Part shown: in pieces, positions 29,340-40,461 of the stretch
Layout: every line of letters begins with the position of its first letter
Numbering within the stretch: the first letter of the stretch is position 1
Assembly (NCBI GenBank): GCA_041663145.1
Contig: JBAZRG010000001.1
Coordinates: 254,984-318,983 of the forward strand
Length of the DNA stretch: 64,000 nucleotides
Direction: 5' to 3'
Source of the DNA: Minisyncoccota bacterium
Lineage (GTDB): Bacteria; Patescibacteriota; Minisyncoccia; Phycocordibacterales; PALSA-1337
Made by a program: the position numbers and the translations under genes
The notes under the pieces: generated by a model
The model's input: only the letters and a program-made list of their open reading frames with translations
What the model was told of the DNA's origin: nothing
Databases searched by the model: none

Positions 29340-31928
29340 TTATTTGCTTTTTTCCTTTATAGGTAAAGTACTTCTCTTTTCTGGGTTTGGCGTAATCGGT
29401 GCCACAGCATCGGTAAAGATCGGTTGACCGGATTTCAAGTTTGATAAGATGAGAGATATCTCTTGATTGTCTGGATTTGTTTTGGATATCTCTTCGAACT
29501 CACGAATAGCATCGGTGGATTTGTTTTGACGAGCATAAGATAGACCCAGGAAATAACGAGCATTGGCATAATCAGTCTGATATTTAGTAGCTGCCGCAAA
29601 CGCCACTTCAGCTGCCGGATAATTTTTCATATTATACTCGAGCAAACCTAACTGGAACAAGATGATCGGATTTTCCGGATTGATCTCTAGAGCGACTTTG
29701 GCGGCGATAATAGCGTCCGGCAAATTACCTTTGGCCGCGTAGATCTGTGACAAGAGGAATATAGCGTCGAGATAATTGTTCTTCGTTTGAAGAGCGGCGC
29801 CGGTCGAAGTCAGAGCATCGTCCAACTTATTCATTCGAGCTTGCAATTTCGCCAAACCGAGATATAGCGAAGGGTTAAATGGATTTAGTCCGATAGCCTT
29901 ACCATATGACTGGACTGCATTTTCATAACCGTTTGCCATCTGTAGACCAGCGGCAAATTCTGATACACGAGCTTCGGAAACAAAGTTGTAATAATTCGTA
30001 GGATCAAAATTTATAGCATTTCTGGAATATGTAAGTGCCTGATTTGTAGCCTCAACTATCTGAGTCATCACTGTTTCTGTTGTCGAGGCAGTACTCGTAT
30101 TTGATAGGGATGAAGCCAGTTTGTTTGCATATGCCATAGATGCTTCGGCTCGGGCTTGCCAATATACATCCGACGAATCGATAGCTTGGGCTTTACGGAA
30201 ATAAGCATCGGCCAAGACCGGATCGCCTGTCACATTTAGTTCACTGATTCCCTTTCCGAAATAAGACAAAGCTAATGTCTTCTTTGCATAAACTACTCCC
30301 AGAATAGCCGCAATGACTATAAGTAGCAGAATAAATGCAAACATTGTCTTTGACCATTTATCCCCAGATCTCGGAGTCCAGACCCATGAATTGAGTAATC
30401 CGTAAGAAGCAGCCGAACCAAAGAATATTCCAGTCATAACAAATGTGAGGAATATGATGGCGTGTGAAGGAACGTAGATGAAGAGTGTTAACCACAAGAA
30501 CACCGTGCCAGTATAAGATGACAGAATTGTAAAACGACTTATTTCATCATTCGGCATTCGACGCAATACTCGATATCCAGATATACCTAGAAATACAAAG
30601 AATATGAGCCAGAGGATCGATCCGATCGTACCTTGTGCTGAAATCAGTGTTGGTACATATCCAAATCCGCTGTTAAATTCAACATTCCAAGCCGGGGTTG
30701 AATTTATAATATTTGGTTTATACGCGAGAAATGCCTGTAGGAAATGGTTTGATCCAACTCCCAATAATGGATAATTCTTGATTGTTCCAGCCGTAACATC
30801 TAGGGTCATCTGCCAAGGCAAAGATAGTTCGGAATGACCACCATATATCTTCGAAACAACTGGTGATAATATCGATTCATTTTTCCATGAAAGCAAAGCT
30901 AGTAGGATACAAATGACTAGAGGAATCCATGCCAGACGACTGAAGAAAGAACCTATACCTGTTCCTGTTTTTGGTCGCACCGATGTTACATATATGGTGT
31001 ATCCAACAAAAGTTAGGAAAAGCAATGCCCAAATAAATGGAATATTGATGATAAGTGCACCGATCGTGGAGACAGCCAAAAGTATCCAGTAGAGCATCTT
31101 TGACTTCGAAGTCATGGTAAGTGTCGACAAAGCGATAAATGAAACTATAGCGACTACGATTGAGAACAAACCGAGACTATACCAATTACCTACAATACTA
31201 GAAGTTGCAGAATTCAAAACAGATAATGTGGCAAAATTTGGTCCAAATACGATTCGAAGCAAATGAAATACAAATAGAATCAGATACGATGTAGCCATGA
31301 CTGTGTACAACAAGACCGCTCTTTCACTTTTTCGATAGACCAAAGCAAAGGCGACCAGAGCTGAGACAAAAAGCGCGATCAAGAAACCTGCTGTGCCACT
31401 TTCAAATCCTTGACCAAATAATGATCGTTCTATATTGATACTTACTAATGATGACACCAAGAGTGATATCACTAGAAGACTAGCAGTCCACGATATATTT
31501 TTTGGTGGCAAAGCCAATCGTCTTTCTCGAATAGCAATCACACCAAATAGAATAGCTGAAACCACAGTACCAACAACAATGACAAAACTCTTAACTGACT
31601 CCATGGGCAGATATTGTGTCGGCCAAAAAGATATCGGGACCAGAAAAGCTGTGAGCATGAAGATATTGAAAGCCCATTTCTCTAGTCTATCTTTCTTCGT
31701 AACAGTTTCTGGAGTGGTGACCTTTGCTTTCGTATCAACGAACCTCACATTCTCCACAGGCTTCACACTTTCAACTGGCTTTGGCGATTGGATCGAATCT
31801 ATATGAGTATTGTTATATTTAGGCGGTATAGTTGGCATATCAGGATGTGAACGCTGATCATTATTGTATTTATTCATATTTGGATTATTCGACTGCCTGT
31901 TATTTTGAAATGGTGAAGCTGGGTTCAT
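29340..31928 (-). CDS. Polytopic membrane protein (O-antigen-ligase-like) with C-terminal TPR repeats
   Basis: Many TM helices, W......K.YPLLGVG..F loop, TPR repeats. Confidence 0.75.
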   Translation of the reverse strand: MNPASPFQNNRQSNNPNMNKYNNDQRSHPDMPTIPPKYNNTHIDSIQSPKPVESVKPVENVRFVDTKAKVTTPETVTKKDRLEKWAFNIFMLTAFLVPISFWPTQYLPMESVKSFVIVVGTVVSAILFGVIAIRERRLALPPKNISWTASLLVISLLVSSLVSINIERSLFGQGFESGTAGFLIALFVSALVAFALVYRKSERAVLLYTVMATSYLILFVFHLLRIVFGPNFATLSVLNSATSSIVGNWYSLGLFSIVVAIVSFIALSTLTMTSKSKMLYWILLAVSTIGALIINIPFIWALLFLTFVGYTIYVTSVRPKTGTGIGSFFSRLAWIPLVICILLALLSWKNESILSPVVSKIYGGHSELSLPWQMTLDVTAGTIKNYPLLGVGSNHFLQAFLAYKPNIINSTPAWNVEFNSGFGYVPTLISAQGTIGSILWLIFFVFLGISGYRVLRRMPNDEISRFTILSSYTGTVFLWLTLFIYVPSHAIIFLTFVMTGIFFGSAASYGLLNSWVWTPRSGDKWSKTMFAFILLLIVIAAILGVVYAKKTLALSYFGKGISELNVTGDPVLADAYFRKAQAIDSSDVYWQARAEASMAYANKLASSLSNTSTASTTETVMTQIVEATNQALTYSRNAINFDPTNYYNFVSEARVSEFAAGLQMANGYENAVQSYGKAIGLNPFNPSLYLGLAKLQARMNKLDDALTSTGAALQTKNNYLDAIFLLSQIYAAKGNLPDAIIAAKVALEINPENPIILFQLGLLEYNMKNYPAAEVAFAAATKYQTDYANARYFLGLSYARQNKSTDAIREFEEISKTNPDNQEISLILSNLKSGQPIFTDAVAPITPNPEKRSTLPIKEKSK

Positions 31929-32042
31929 ACGTTTTATAATTAAGGATTAATTAATGGATATTATAGCAGATATTATTTTAATCAACATAGCAAAAAGTAC
32001 ATAAAATTGGGTATTACCTAAAGGCAAAGATTTTAGGAGATA

Positions 32043-32072
32043 AAGAAAACGTCCCGGTTTTTGCCGGGACGT
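32043..32072 (-). terminator. rnpB terminator
   Basis: acgtcccgg...ccgggacgt followed by a U-tract on the minus strand. Confidence 0.8.
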
Positions 32073-32081
32073 CTCCATATT

Positions 32082-32515
32082 GTCATACCATAAGCCGAAT
32101 TCTGTGTCAGTCATAGAACTCAATCGAGTCCTTGTGACCTTAACAACCATTTATCTTGTCCGACACTTGCGTGCCGGATCTAGCGGTTCTTCCTTCCAAC
32201 TTTTACTTGCGCAGAAGTTGAGAGGACACGACCTTGCACCGAGGTAAGGATTTTGCCGTTGCACCCCACGCGTTACCGCGCGGACTGATCCTAACAAATT
32301 GTGAGGATCCATGATTCATTTCCAAATCATGCGTCTCTGTTCGCACCTCTGGGCGTTACCCTGACGGGCGTTACCTCATAACACCGTAAGGTGTCATGAT
32401 TCCGATATAAATCGGAACGCTACCCTGCTATCATCGCTTTCGCGATGCCGGTGTTCGGACTTTCCTCATCTTGCAAAGCCCGAAAGCTTCACAAAACGTA
32501 GTTGTTTGGTACAAC
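32082..32515 (-). ncRNA. rnpB: RNase P RNA
   Basis: GAGGAAAGTCCG near the 5' end, ACAGAATTCGGCTTAT near the 3' end, P1 gttgtacca/tggtatgac; TGcTATACT promoter upstream. Confidence 0.93.
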
Positions 32516-32581
32516 GGTGGTAAGTATAGCATAAATCGATGTGTTTGACAAGTGTTGCAATTAGGGTGCTAATTCACTTGG

Positions 32582-32739
32582 TAGGAGCTTAGTGAACATT
32601 GTTCCTCATCTCCTCGCAAGGTCACCCACTCCAAATTGCAACCACATATCAGCAGATGGAACTACTGATATGTGGGCAATTTGTTCGGGGTTCGAATCGC
32701 ATTGCGAGTCGTTTCGGAACAATATTCACTAAGCTCCTA
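32582..32739. repeat. Long structured hairpin element, family D copy 1
   Basis: Outer stem taggagcttagtgaa/ttcactaagctccta; core shared with 50962-51115. Confidence 0.85.
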
Positions 32740-32816
32740 TGACACGTACGGAACGCTCACTGATATGCCCTCCTGACGAGCTTATGTCATAGAGTTGTGT
32801 TTTTGAAGCGTTTTCC

Positions 32817-35138
32817 TTACACAATTTCGCAAACTCCTGACACACACGCCAACTCTTTCTTCAGATCCGTCTCGTTTTGTTTTTCGTAAGTTATAATCTT
32901 CGAATAATCCACATGTTCCAAGCGCTTTGCAAGCTCTTTATATTTCTTTTCATCTATAGACTCATACGGAGCCAGCTTATAGACAGCATCCTCGCGTGGC
33001 AAGAATGACAGACCTCCGCAGATATCCCAATTTTCATAGACCCAGTTTGCAACCGCTATCCATTCATCATTACCTATAGAGATAGTGACTGAAGGATTGT
33101 GTTCTGTATAATTTTCCTTGACCATTTTCCAATACTCCAACTGCTGCAATGCTGTCTGATCATCTCGAAAGACCGAACCAGCTGGTGCTTTGACTGGAAA
33201 CTCTAGAACGTAGGTATTGGCGGACTCGGGTGATTGGCCAACCTCCGGGTTATAAGGTACACCTTGATCTTTGAGCATTTTGAATAACGAATCGGTCGAT
33301 GAGATCCTGATGCGACGAATATAGAACTTGGAGTGTCTCGGGTGCATACCTGAAGAACAATCAACAGTTTGTGACAAGGTTCCGGACGGTTTTACACAAG
33401 TTATAGCAGTTGATTCCCCTATTCCAAAACGTTTTGCATACTCTTTATTTATTCGTATTGCCTCAGCTTTTAGTCTACGCATGACCTCTGGCTTACGGAC
33501 AGCTGGACTATCCCACTGACCAGTGATAGATACTCCGAGCAATCTTTCACGTTCACAATGATCTTTCCATTCTTTGGACAAATACTGGAAATTTGTAAGA
33601 GATGACTGATACGTACCGAGAATGGTCGCGATTCGCATCTTCTTCATGAGAGTAGCTTCGGTATCTTCGGCTCGAGCCACGATCTCGGACAGATTACAGA
33701 ACTGTTTTGATTGAAGAATAATCTCACCACACGGATTTGTACCGATAGGTCCGATGATATGTTGACCAGTCGAATCGAAATAGCCCTTGTATTCTTTCAA
33801 AACTTTTATGCGCCTCTCTGGAAGAGTTTTTGCCAATGAACCGCGATTGAATATCCCACGTTCACCAGACCTACTCTCGACAAGTGCCATCCATTCCTTC
33901 AAAAATTCTTCATTTGTCGGCTTGTTGATATATACAGCGGAATTGTTAGCGAGCATTCTGTGAGGATGAGTCATGTAGAAAGCACCCTTCTTTGCATCAC
34001 GAATGAGTTCATCGCCGAGATCAGACAAAGAAATCATGGCGCTTCGTCTCACACCGCCAGCCACCACACAATCTCCGATCATACAGATGATATCGTGCAG
34101 ATCGAGCGGGCGTAGACGTTTACCTTGGCGAGCCAACATGATTTGTCTCGTAAATGACAGAAGTCGAATAAGAGGTGCCGGACCAGATGATTTGCCACCC
34201 ATAACTTTGAGACGCGCGCCTTCAGGGCGTAATTGGGAGAAATCAAAATCGATGTCACTGCCGGAAGCCCAGGTCTTCATACCTAGGACAAGCGAATTTG
34301 CCCATCCTTCTTTGCTATCTGGAACAACGTGTACAGGAAGTTTATCGCCATTTTGCATCATAATCTGCGGAAACTTCTCGACATTGGCACTTTCGACTGC
34401 CCAACCGCAACCTGTACCATTCATAGAGATATGAATGATCTCACCGAGATCTTGGAATGATTCTGGAGCGATAAAAGAACAGTTATATGCACAAATATTG
34501 TCTCTACGTGCTGGAGTGCCAGCAAACTGTAAGAGTCTCATCGACGGCATGGCCTGGTGATTTAGGATAGCTTCTCTAATCTCTTTGTATTCGCTTTCTT
34601 TGAGCTTATTGCCGAGATTCTCCTTCATGAAAGTGAGATACCGATCGACAGTCTCTATCCATGTCTCACGACGATTTTCAGAATCTATCCAGCGAGCATA
34701 AGAACGATAGTAAACGAACTCACCTAAAGCATTTCTAAAATATTTTTTGGAATCAGTAGCGAGCTTGCGAACATTTTCCGGAACTTCAAAACCTACAGAA
34801 CGCAGTTTTGCTCGTTCTTCACGATAAATAACGTAGTGTTTGGCGGCTTTGACATAGTCAGAGCGCATTAGCTCGGCCTCAACTATATCCTGAACACCTT
34901 CAACTGTAGGGATGAAGTTAGAAAATTTTCTTTTGATCCTAGTAAGCTCATTTTGAACCTGAGTTGCAACAACTCCAGCCTCTTCGATGGATCCTTCATT
35001 GACCGCGTTCATGCCCTTCCAGATGGCATTTGTGATTTTGGCAAGATCGAATGGAACGATTCGACCGTCTCTTTTGATAATCGTGGGGATTGAAACAACC
35101 TTACCCGCGGTTGTGGCGGATTTTTTCTTCTTTGGCAT
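32817..35138 (-). CDS. nrdJ: Class II (adenosylcobalamin-dependent) ribonucleotide reductase with N-terminal ATP cone
   Basis: IIKRDG..VPFD ATP cone; YNCS, GGVRRSA, TNPCGEI, CVKPSGT, C-terminal CVSGVCE; no beta subunit gene adjacent. Confidence 0.88.
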   Translation of the reverse strand: MPKKKKSATTAGKVVSIPTIIKRDGRIVPFDLAKITNAIWKGMNAVNEGSIEEAGVVATQVQNELTRIKRKFSNFIPTVEGVQDIVEAELMRSDYVKAAKHYVIYREERAKLRSVGFEVPENVRKLATDSKKYFRNALGEFVYYRSYARWIDSENRRETWIETVDRYLTFMKENLGNKLKESEYKEIREAILNHQAMPSMRLLQFAGTPARRDNICAYNCSFIAPESFQDLGEIIHISMNGTGCGWAVESANVEKFPQIMMQNGDKLPVHVVPDSKEGWANSLVLGMKTWASGSDIDFDFSQLRPEGARLKVMGGKSSGPAPLIRLLSFTRQIMLARQGKRLRPLDLHDIICMIGDCVVAGGVRRSAMISLSDLGDELIRDAKKGAFYMTHPHRMLANNSAVYINKPTNEEFLKEWMALVESRSGERGIFNRGSLAKTLPERRIKVLKEYKGYFDSTGQHIIGPIGTNPCGEIILQSKQFCNLSEIVARAEDTEATLMKKMRIATILGTYQSSLTNFQYLSKEWKDHCERERLLGVSITGQWDSPAVRKPEVMRRLKAEAIRINKEYAKRFGIGESTAITCVKPSGTLSQTVDCSSGMHPRHSKFYIRRIRISSTDSLFKMLKDQGVPYNPEVGQSPESANTYVLEFPVKAPAGSVFRDDQTALQQLEYWKMVKENYTEHNPSVTISIGNDEWIAVANWVYENWDICGGLSFLPREDAVYKLAPYESIDEKKYKELAKRLEHVDYSKIITYEKQNETDLKKELACVSGVCEIV

Positions 35139-35330
35139 ATGTGTGCGTAGGCGGCTACGCAAGTGCTAATGTCTTATAATTTTTCGATCAATTTAACTGC
35201 TATTTAATTTCATTGTACAACCTATGACACTCTCCAACAATAAATTATCCTGTGGATAGTGACTTTCGTCACAATTTTTTCAGTTTGTCTGTAATGAAAA
35301 ATAATAATTATGGATAAATTGAGTTTTTGA

Positions 35331-35792
35331 TTAAAAATTATCAAAAATCAACTGAGTACCAGTAGCCAGACTCATTTTAGCAGCAGTTCCAGCATTCAAT
35401 TCTAAAACAAATTTTATCGGGCTTGGCGGATAAAAAGAATTTGGAAAAGAATCGACTGGAATATTCGAAGTGATGCCGACTACCTTCATATCTTCATCGA
35501 TCCAAATCATATCTAAAGGAAAATTCATATCATTCATCCAAAATCCGGGCGTATTTGGTTGAGTATATGCAAACAACATACCATGATTACTTGCTAGGGT
35601 CTCTCGATTACTCAAGCCCAATTGCATCGACGACGGCGTATCTGCTATTTCGACTTGGATTTCTCCCGAAGGAGCGGATATCTTAGTTGTTTTGACGTTA
35701 ATGGAATCATCATCTCTCGAAACAAAGACAAGACTAAAAATAAATATTGTTAGAATAGCAATTATTATCGAGATCTTTATAGAATTTTTCAT
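35331..35792 (-). CDS. DUF192-family protein
   Basis: VEIADT....GLS.R....GMLF, FWM.DM.FPLDMIWI, VLELNAG. Confidence 0.9.
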   Translation of the reverse strand: MKNSIKISIIIAILTIFIFSLVFVSRDDDSINVKTTKISAPSGEIQVEIADTPSSMQLGLSNRETLASNHGMLFAYTQPNTPGFWMNDMNFPLDMIWIDEDMKVVGITSNIPVDSFPNSFYPPSPIKFVLELNAGTAAKMSLATGTQLIFDNF

Positions 35793-35864
35793 GACATTAC
35801 GTCTTGATACGACCTTATTATCATTGTATTATTGAATATTATATAACAAATTAAGAAATAATCT

Positions 35865-36278
35865 ATGTATTCAATCAATTTTCTGCCAATCCTAATTTCA
35901 TCAGTGGTAGCTTTTGGTCTCGGAGCATTCTGGTACTCCCCTTTTATCTTTGGTCGAGAGTGGATGACGTTAACAAAGATCTCCAAATCAGACATGATGG
36001 CAACTCAAGCCAAAGGTGTTTGGAAATCATATCTTATTCAATTCATCGCGACATTTGTGACATTCGCCGTCCTCGGTTTTTTGATCTCAGCCTCTGGTGC
36101 AAATTCAGCTGCTGATGGTGCATTTCTAGGAATAATCGTCTGGATCGGTTTCGTCCTAACTGACGCATCAGGCGCTTTGTTATGGGAACGCAAGCCCATG
36201 AAGCTCATCCTCATCAATACCACAATCACTTTAATGACTCTTCTCGTCGGCGGAGCGATCATTGGAGCCTGGAGGTAG
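35865..36278 (+). CDS. DUF1761-family membrane protein
   Basis: IN...I......F.LG..WYSP..FG..W; four TM helices. Confidence 0.85.
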   Translation: MYSINFLPILISSVVAFGLGAFWYSPFIFGREWMTLTKISKSDMMATQAKGVWKSYLIQFIATFVTFAVLGFLISASGANSAADGAFLGIIVWIGFVLTDASGALLWERKPMKLILINTTITLMTLLVGGAIIGAWR

Positions 36279-36331
36279 GTTGGGGTGATTGAAGTAAAAA
36301 ATAAATAACGAATTTTTGGTATACTGAGACA

Positions 36332-37180
36332 ATGAAATCTCTGTTGCGATGGTTAAAAAGAATATTATATTTTGTCTTGGCTATTGTAATTCTTGTCGGA
36401 TGCCTATTCACCATCGTTCATTTTATAACCAAACCATCAAATGATCGTGATTGGAACACAGATCAGAAAACCCTACCTTATGCAGAAATAAACAACAATC
36501 TGATATCGGTTTACAATATCAGGAATTTCTCATACGCCTCAACGACAAGTTATATGCCGAATTACTACGATAAAGTGTTTGATTTGAATAAACTGAAAAA
36601 AGTTTGGTACATAGTGGAACCATTTTCAGGTATACCTGGTTCAGCTCACACATTTTTGAGTTTTGAATTTGAGGACAATCGGTTTATTTCCATATCAGTC
36701 GAAATCCGTAAGGAAAAAGGCGAAGCGTATAGTCCAGTCAAGGGTCTCTTCAATAAATACGAGCTAATGTATGTAGTGGCTGACGAAAATGATGTCGTCA
36801 AACTTCGCTCAAACTATCGTAAGGATCTGGTATATGTTTATCCAGCAAAAGCGACAGTCGAAAAGGCCCGCGCTTTATTCTTGGACATGATAGAGCGAGT
36901 AAATGATCTTAGAGATCACCCTGAATTTTATAATACGATCACAAACACTTGTACCACAAATATCGTAAAACATATCGATAAAATTACTCCCAATAGAGTG
37001 CCTTTATTCAATCTGCGTATTCTCTTGCCAGCGAACTCTGACAAGCTCGCATATGAGCTCGACCTCATTGATACTGACCTCCCTTTTGAAGAAGCTCGTT
37101 TGCGATACTTTATAAACAATCGTGCCATGAAATACGCTGACGATCCTGATTTTTCTGTAAAGATCAGACAGGGAAAATAA
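36332..37180 (+). CDS. DUF4105 (Lnb N-terminal-like) domain protein
   Basis: AHTFLSFEF, SVEIRKEKGE, FYNTITNTCTTN. Confidence 0.85.
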   Translation: MKSLLRWLKRILYFVLAIVILVGCLFTIVHFITKPSNDRDWNTDQKTLPYAEINNNLISVYNIRNFSYASTTSYMPNYYDKVFDLNKLKKVWYIVEPFSGIPGSAHTFLSFEFEDNRFISISVEIRKEKGEAYSPVKGLFNKYELMYVVADENDVVKLRSNYRKDLVYVYPAKATVEKARALFLDMIERVNDLRDHPEFYNTITNTCTTNIVKHIDKITPNRVPLFNLRILLPANSDKLAYELDLIDTDLPFEEARLRYFINNRAMKYADDPDFSVKIRQGK

Positions 37181-37257
37181 ATTCCGTGATATTTATTCAA
37201 CTATACACTCTGCCGTAGAATGCACCATTTTCTCTCCAAATTACGTATAATAGGTGT

Positions 37258-37665
37258 ATGAATAAAAAAACATTATTTTTTGGTGCGGTGATAATCATCA
37301 TTCTTATAGGTATTTATCTTGTCTTTAGGACAGGCGACATTCCAACCGATTCCGCCCTAGATACAAACAATCAAAATAGCTCGAGTACGGAGCAATCAGT
37401 TACACAACAATCAGATATTCAGGAATCAGAATACACACTTGCGATTGTCAGTTCTCATAATACCAATCAGAATTGTTGGATGGTAATTGATAATAAAGTA
37501 TATGATGTCACCTCCTATATTGCATCTGGCCAGCACAATAAAGATATATCAAAAGGTTGTGGCATCGATGCCACATCAATGTTCGATAAAGAAAGAAAAC
37601 ATCAAGACAACAAGGCTCAAAATCTACTGAGTGGACTTGAGATTGGCACTCTAAAAATAAATTAA
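37258..37665 (+). CDS. Membrane-anchored cytochrome b5-like heme-binding protein
   Basis: HN...NCWMVIDNKVYDVT....H......GCG.DAT..F....H. Confidence 0.85.
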   Translation: MNKKTLFFGAVIIIILIGIYLVFRTGDIPTDSALDTNNQNSSSTEQSVTQQSDIQESEYTLAIVSSHNTNQNCWMVIDNKVYDVTSYIASGQHNKDISKGCGIDATSMFDKERKHQDNKAQNLLSGLEIGTLKIN

Positions 37666-38856
37666 ATGTTTCAATTATCCGATTTGCTTTATGATATTGG
37701 AAAATGGATGGGTATTGCCGGTTTTATTCTTTTGACCTTGCTTATTTTTTCTGGAGATACAGCCAGATTTTGGGATAGATATATCGGACTGGATAAGATT
37801 ATAAAATTCCAAAAGAAATTCTCGTACTTTGTCGCCTTTTTTGTCATCTTACATCCTCTTTTATTTATAATAGCTAGGAAGACCGTATTTGGATTTCTAA
37901 TTCCGAATTTTTCATATGTACCGCTGGCACTTGGGATCATATCTCTCTATATATTCATCGTGGTCATGATCGCCTCGTACTTTTATAAAAGGATTTCAAA
38001 TCTGGTTTGGCAATATATACATGTACTGACATACATACTGTTTTTCTTTTCAATCTATCACGCATTCAATTGGGGATCAGACAGGGATGATTTCATCCTC
38101 ATTTACGTAGTGTCTCTGATCATGATATTAATCGGGATAATATACAGAACTCAATACAAAATTAGAAACAAAATATCAAATGCCTTCACGGTCGACAGTA
38201 TCAAACAAGAAACATCTGATACGTATACCTTGAATCTAAAAAGCAAAAAACCATTTGATTTCAAAGCTGGTCAGTTTTGTTTTTTGAGAATAAACAAGAA
38301 TAGACTTTATGCGAGACATCCATTTACGGTTTCAAGCGCGCCGAATGATAACGTCACTTCATTCACGATCAAACATGCTGGAAGGTTCACAGAGACGGCG
38401 AGGACTCTCAAGACTGGTGAAAAAATATCAGTCGAAGGACCTTTTGGTGTCTTCATTCCGAAACCTGACAAAGATCTGGTATTTATCGCCGGTGGTGTCG
38501 GGATAACACCCTTTATGAGTATTTTGAAAGATAGGATAAATAATAATTCAAATCAAAACATCACTCTCATTTATTGTTCCCGCGGAAAAGATGACATAAT
38601 CTTCAAAAATGAAATTGATTCTATAAACAAGAGCTGGTTCAAGAAAATCTATGTGTTGAATAGTACGGACGGCGCTCTATTCCCTTGCGAACAAGGATAT
38701 ATCTCCAATAAAATAATAGAAAAATACGTCAACAACATCCAAAATTCCCTTTACTATATCTGCGGTCCTGAAAAGATGAAGAATTCAGCCAAAAAGATTC
38801 TTGGAGATTTGAAGGTGGATAAGAGCAGTATTTTTACGGAAGATTTCTTTTGGTAA
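37666..38856 (+). CDS. Ferric-reductase-like transmembrane FAD/NAD(P)H oxidoreductase
   Basis: TM His residues, HPFTVSS, EGPFG, IAGGVGITPF, YICGP, EDF. Confidence 0.88.
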   Translation: MFQLSDLLYDIGKWMGIAGFILLTLLIFSGDTARFWDRYIGLDKIIKFQKKFSYFVAFFVILHPLLFIIARKTVFGFLIPNFSYVPLALGIISLYIFIVVMIASYFYKRISNLVWQYIHVLTYILFFFSIYHAFNWGSDRDDFILIYVVSLIMILIGIIYRTQYKIRNKISNAFTVDSIKQETSDTYTLNLKSKKPFDFKAGQFCFLRINKNRLYARHPFTVSSAPNDNVTSFTIKHAGRFTETARTLKTGEKISVEGPFGVFIPKPDKDLVFIAGGVGITPFMSILKDRINNNSNQNITLIYCSRGKDDIIFKNEIDSINKSWFKKIYVLNSTDGALFPCEQGYISNKIIEKYVNNIQNSLYYICGPEKMKNSAKKILGDLKVDKSSIFTEDFFW

Positions 38857-38916
38857 GATAGTGTTTATTATTGTTTTTTCTTCTTGACCTCGCTGAAAAA
38901 TGGTAAAATTACTTCC

Positions 38917-39897
38917 ATGAAAGAAACGAGAAATATTATCATGTATGAATCGTCAGACAGCACATTAAAGCTGGAAGTGCCTATTGACGGTGAAACTGTA
39001 TGGCTATCTCAAAAGCAGATGGCTGAGCTTTTTGGTTGTACATCGGAGAATATCATTATTCATCTGAAAAATATCTACGATAGCGGTGAATTGACAGAAA
39101 AAGCAACTACTAAGGAATCCTTAGTAGTTCAAAAAGAAGGAAATAGAAGCGTAAAACGGGATATTCAGATATACAATCTTGATGCCATCATTTCACTTGG
39201 CTATCGCGTCAATTCAATTCGCGGCACACAATTTCGTATCTGGGCTACCAATAAATTGAAGGAGTATATTATCAAAGGTTTCGTGTTGGATGATGAAAGA
39301 TTGGCCGATGGTAAGAAGTCTAGATATTTCGACGAACTTCTTGAACGCATCAGAGCTATCCGCTCCAGTGAGCGAAATTTCTATCAAAAGATCACCGATA
39401 TATATGCAACTAGCGTTGACTATAACAAGGATGTAGAAACAACCAAAATGTTCTTTGCTACAATTCAAAACAAAATACATTTTGCTGTACACGGACATAC
39501 AGCAGCGGAGATCGTTTCCACACGCGCCGACGCAGGAAAAAAATACATGGGATTAACTAACTTCAAAGGTAAGATGGTACGGGAAAAAGACATTTCCATT
39601 GCCAAGAATTATCTGAATGAGGAAGAATTGAAACAACTCAACCTCATTGTTACCCTCTATCTAGACTTTGCCGAACTGCAAGCGAGTAATCGTCGAGCTA
39701 TGACTATGAAAGAATGGGTATCCAAACTAGATGATTTTCTGAAATTGAGCGAGAAACAAATCCTCTCTGGTGCCGGCAAGGTCAGCAAGGAAAAAGCTGA
39801 AGAAAAGGCGCGGAAGGAGTACGAAAAATATCGAAAGACTGAAGATGCGGCTTATATCTCTGATTTCGACAGACAAACGAAAAAATATTTGAAATAA
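38917..39897 (+). CDS. Virulence RhuM-family protein
   Basis: TVWLSQKQMAELF, YNLDAIISLGYRVNS..GTQFRIWAT, IRSSERNFYQK; promoter TTGACC-N17-TAAAAT. Confidence 0.92.
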   Translation: MKETRNIIMYESSDSTLKLEVPIDGETVWLSQKQMAELFGCTSENIIIHLKNIYDSGELTEKATTKESLVVQKEGNRSVKRDIQIYNLDAIISLGYRVNSIRGTQFRIWATNKLKEYIIKGFVLDDERLADGKKSRYFDELLERIRAIRSSERNFYQKITDIYATSVDYNKDVETTKMFFATIQNKIHFAVHGHTAAEIVSTRADAGKKYMGLTNFKGKMVREKDISIAKNYLNEEELKQLNLIVTLYLDFAELQASNRRAMTMKEWVSKLDDFLKLSEKQILSGAGKVSKEKAEEKARKEYEKYRKTEDAAYISDFDRQTKKYLK

Positions 39898-39901
39898 GAT
39901 A

Positions 39902-39926
39902 TGTCCACTTTATGGGGTACGGATCA
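39902..39926 (-). mobile_element. Solo IS3-family-like terminal inverted repeat
   Basis: Minus strand TGATCCGTACCCCATAAAGTGGACA; 24/25 identical to 42028-42052. Confidence 0.65.
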
Positions 39927-39964
39927 AAGATGGACCGTGTCCGCCGTAGCTACGCCATTACTAT

Positions 39965-40007
39965 AAAAAAGTGACCCTCTTTCAGCTTTCGCTTACTCAA
40001 GGGTCAC
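39965..40007 (-). terminator. Terminator of the tRNA-Ser island cargo genes
   Basis: gtgaccct...agggtcac followed by T6 on the minus strand. Confidence 0.65.
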
Positions 40008-40042
40008 GTGTCTAAAGAACCAACCACTTCAACTGCTACGGT

Positions 40043-40435
40043 TTATGTAGACAGCTCCCCAGGTTCGAACTTGCTCTCATACTGAGGACGAATCCAAATC
40101 GAAGGGACGAGTGTGTCAATGCGGTTTCTCGAAAGAAATTCAACGAAGCTGTGGCGAATTTCAACGAGTGCTGCAGCCTTTTCATCTTCACCAGGGTTGA
40201 AAGGTTTTCCTGTGCCGTATTCGTCTTCACCGGCAGTGTATAGGACCTCGATCTGTACGGGTGCCTCATTGGCCGTGTACCGTACATCGAAGACGTCGAA
40301 TGCGACATCCTCCTTCCCTTCGATACCGAATATGGCTTCGACCGTGGCAATAAGGCTTCGAGACAAATCATCGAATGTCTCATCGATGATCATGTTCGCA
40401 GCCAAACGGTTGAGGTATACCTTGATCTGTGGCAT
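40043..40435 (-). CDS. Hypothetical protein
   Basis: Start MPQIKV after RBS aagaaagga; the longer ORF call overlaps the next gene. Confidence 0.65.
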   Translation of the reverse strand: MPQIKVYLNRLAANMIIDETFDDLSRSLIATVEAIFGIEGKEDVAFDVFDVRYTANEAPVQIEVLYTAGEDEYGTGKPFNPGEDEKAAALVEIRHSFVEFLSRNRIDTLVPSIWIRPQYESKFEPGELST

Positions 40436-40461
40436 TACTGATTCCTTTCTTTGGTTGAGGG

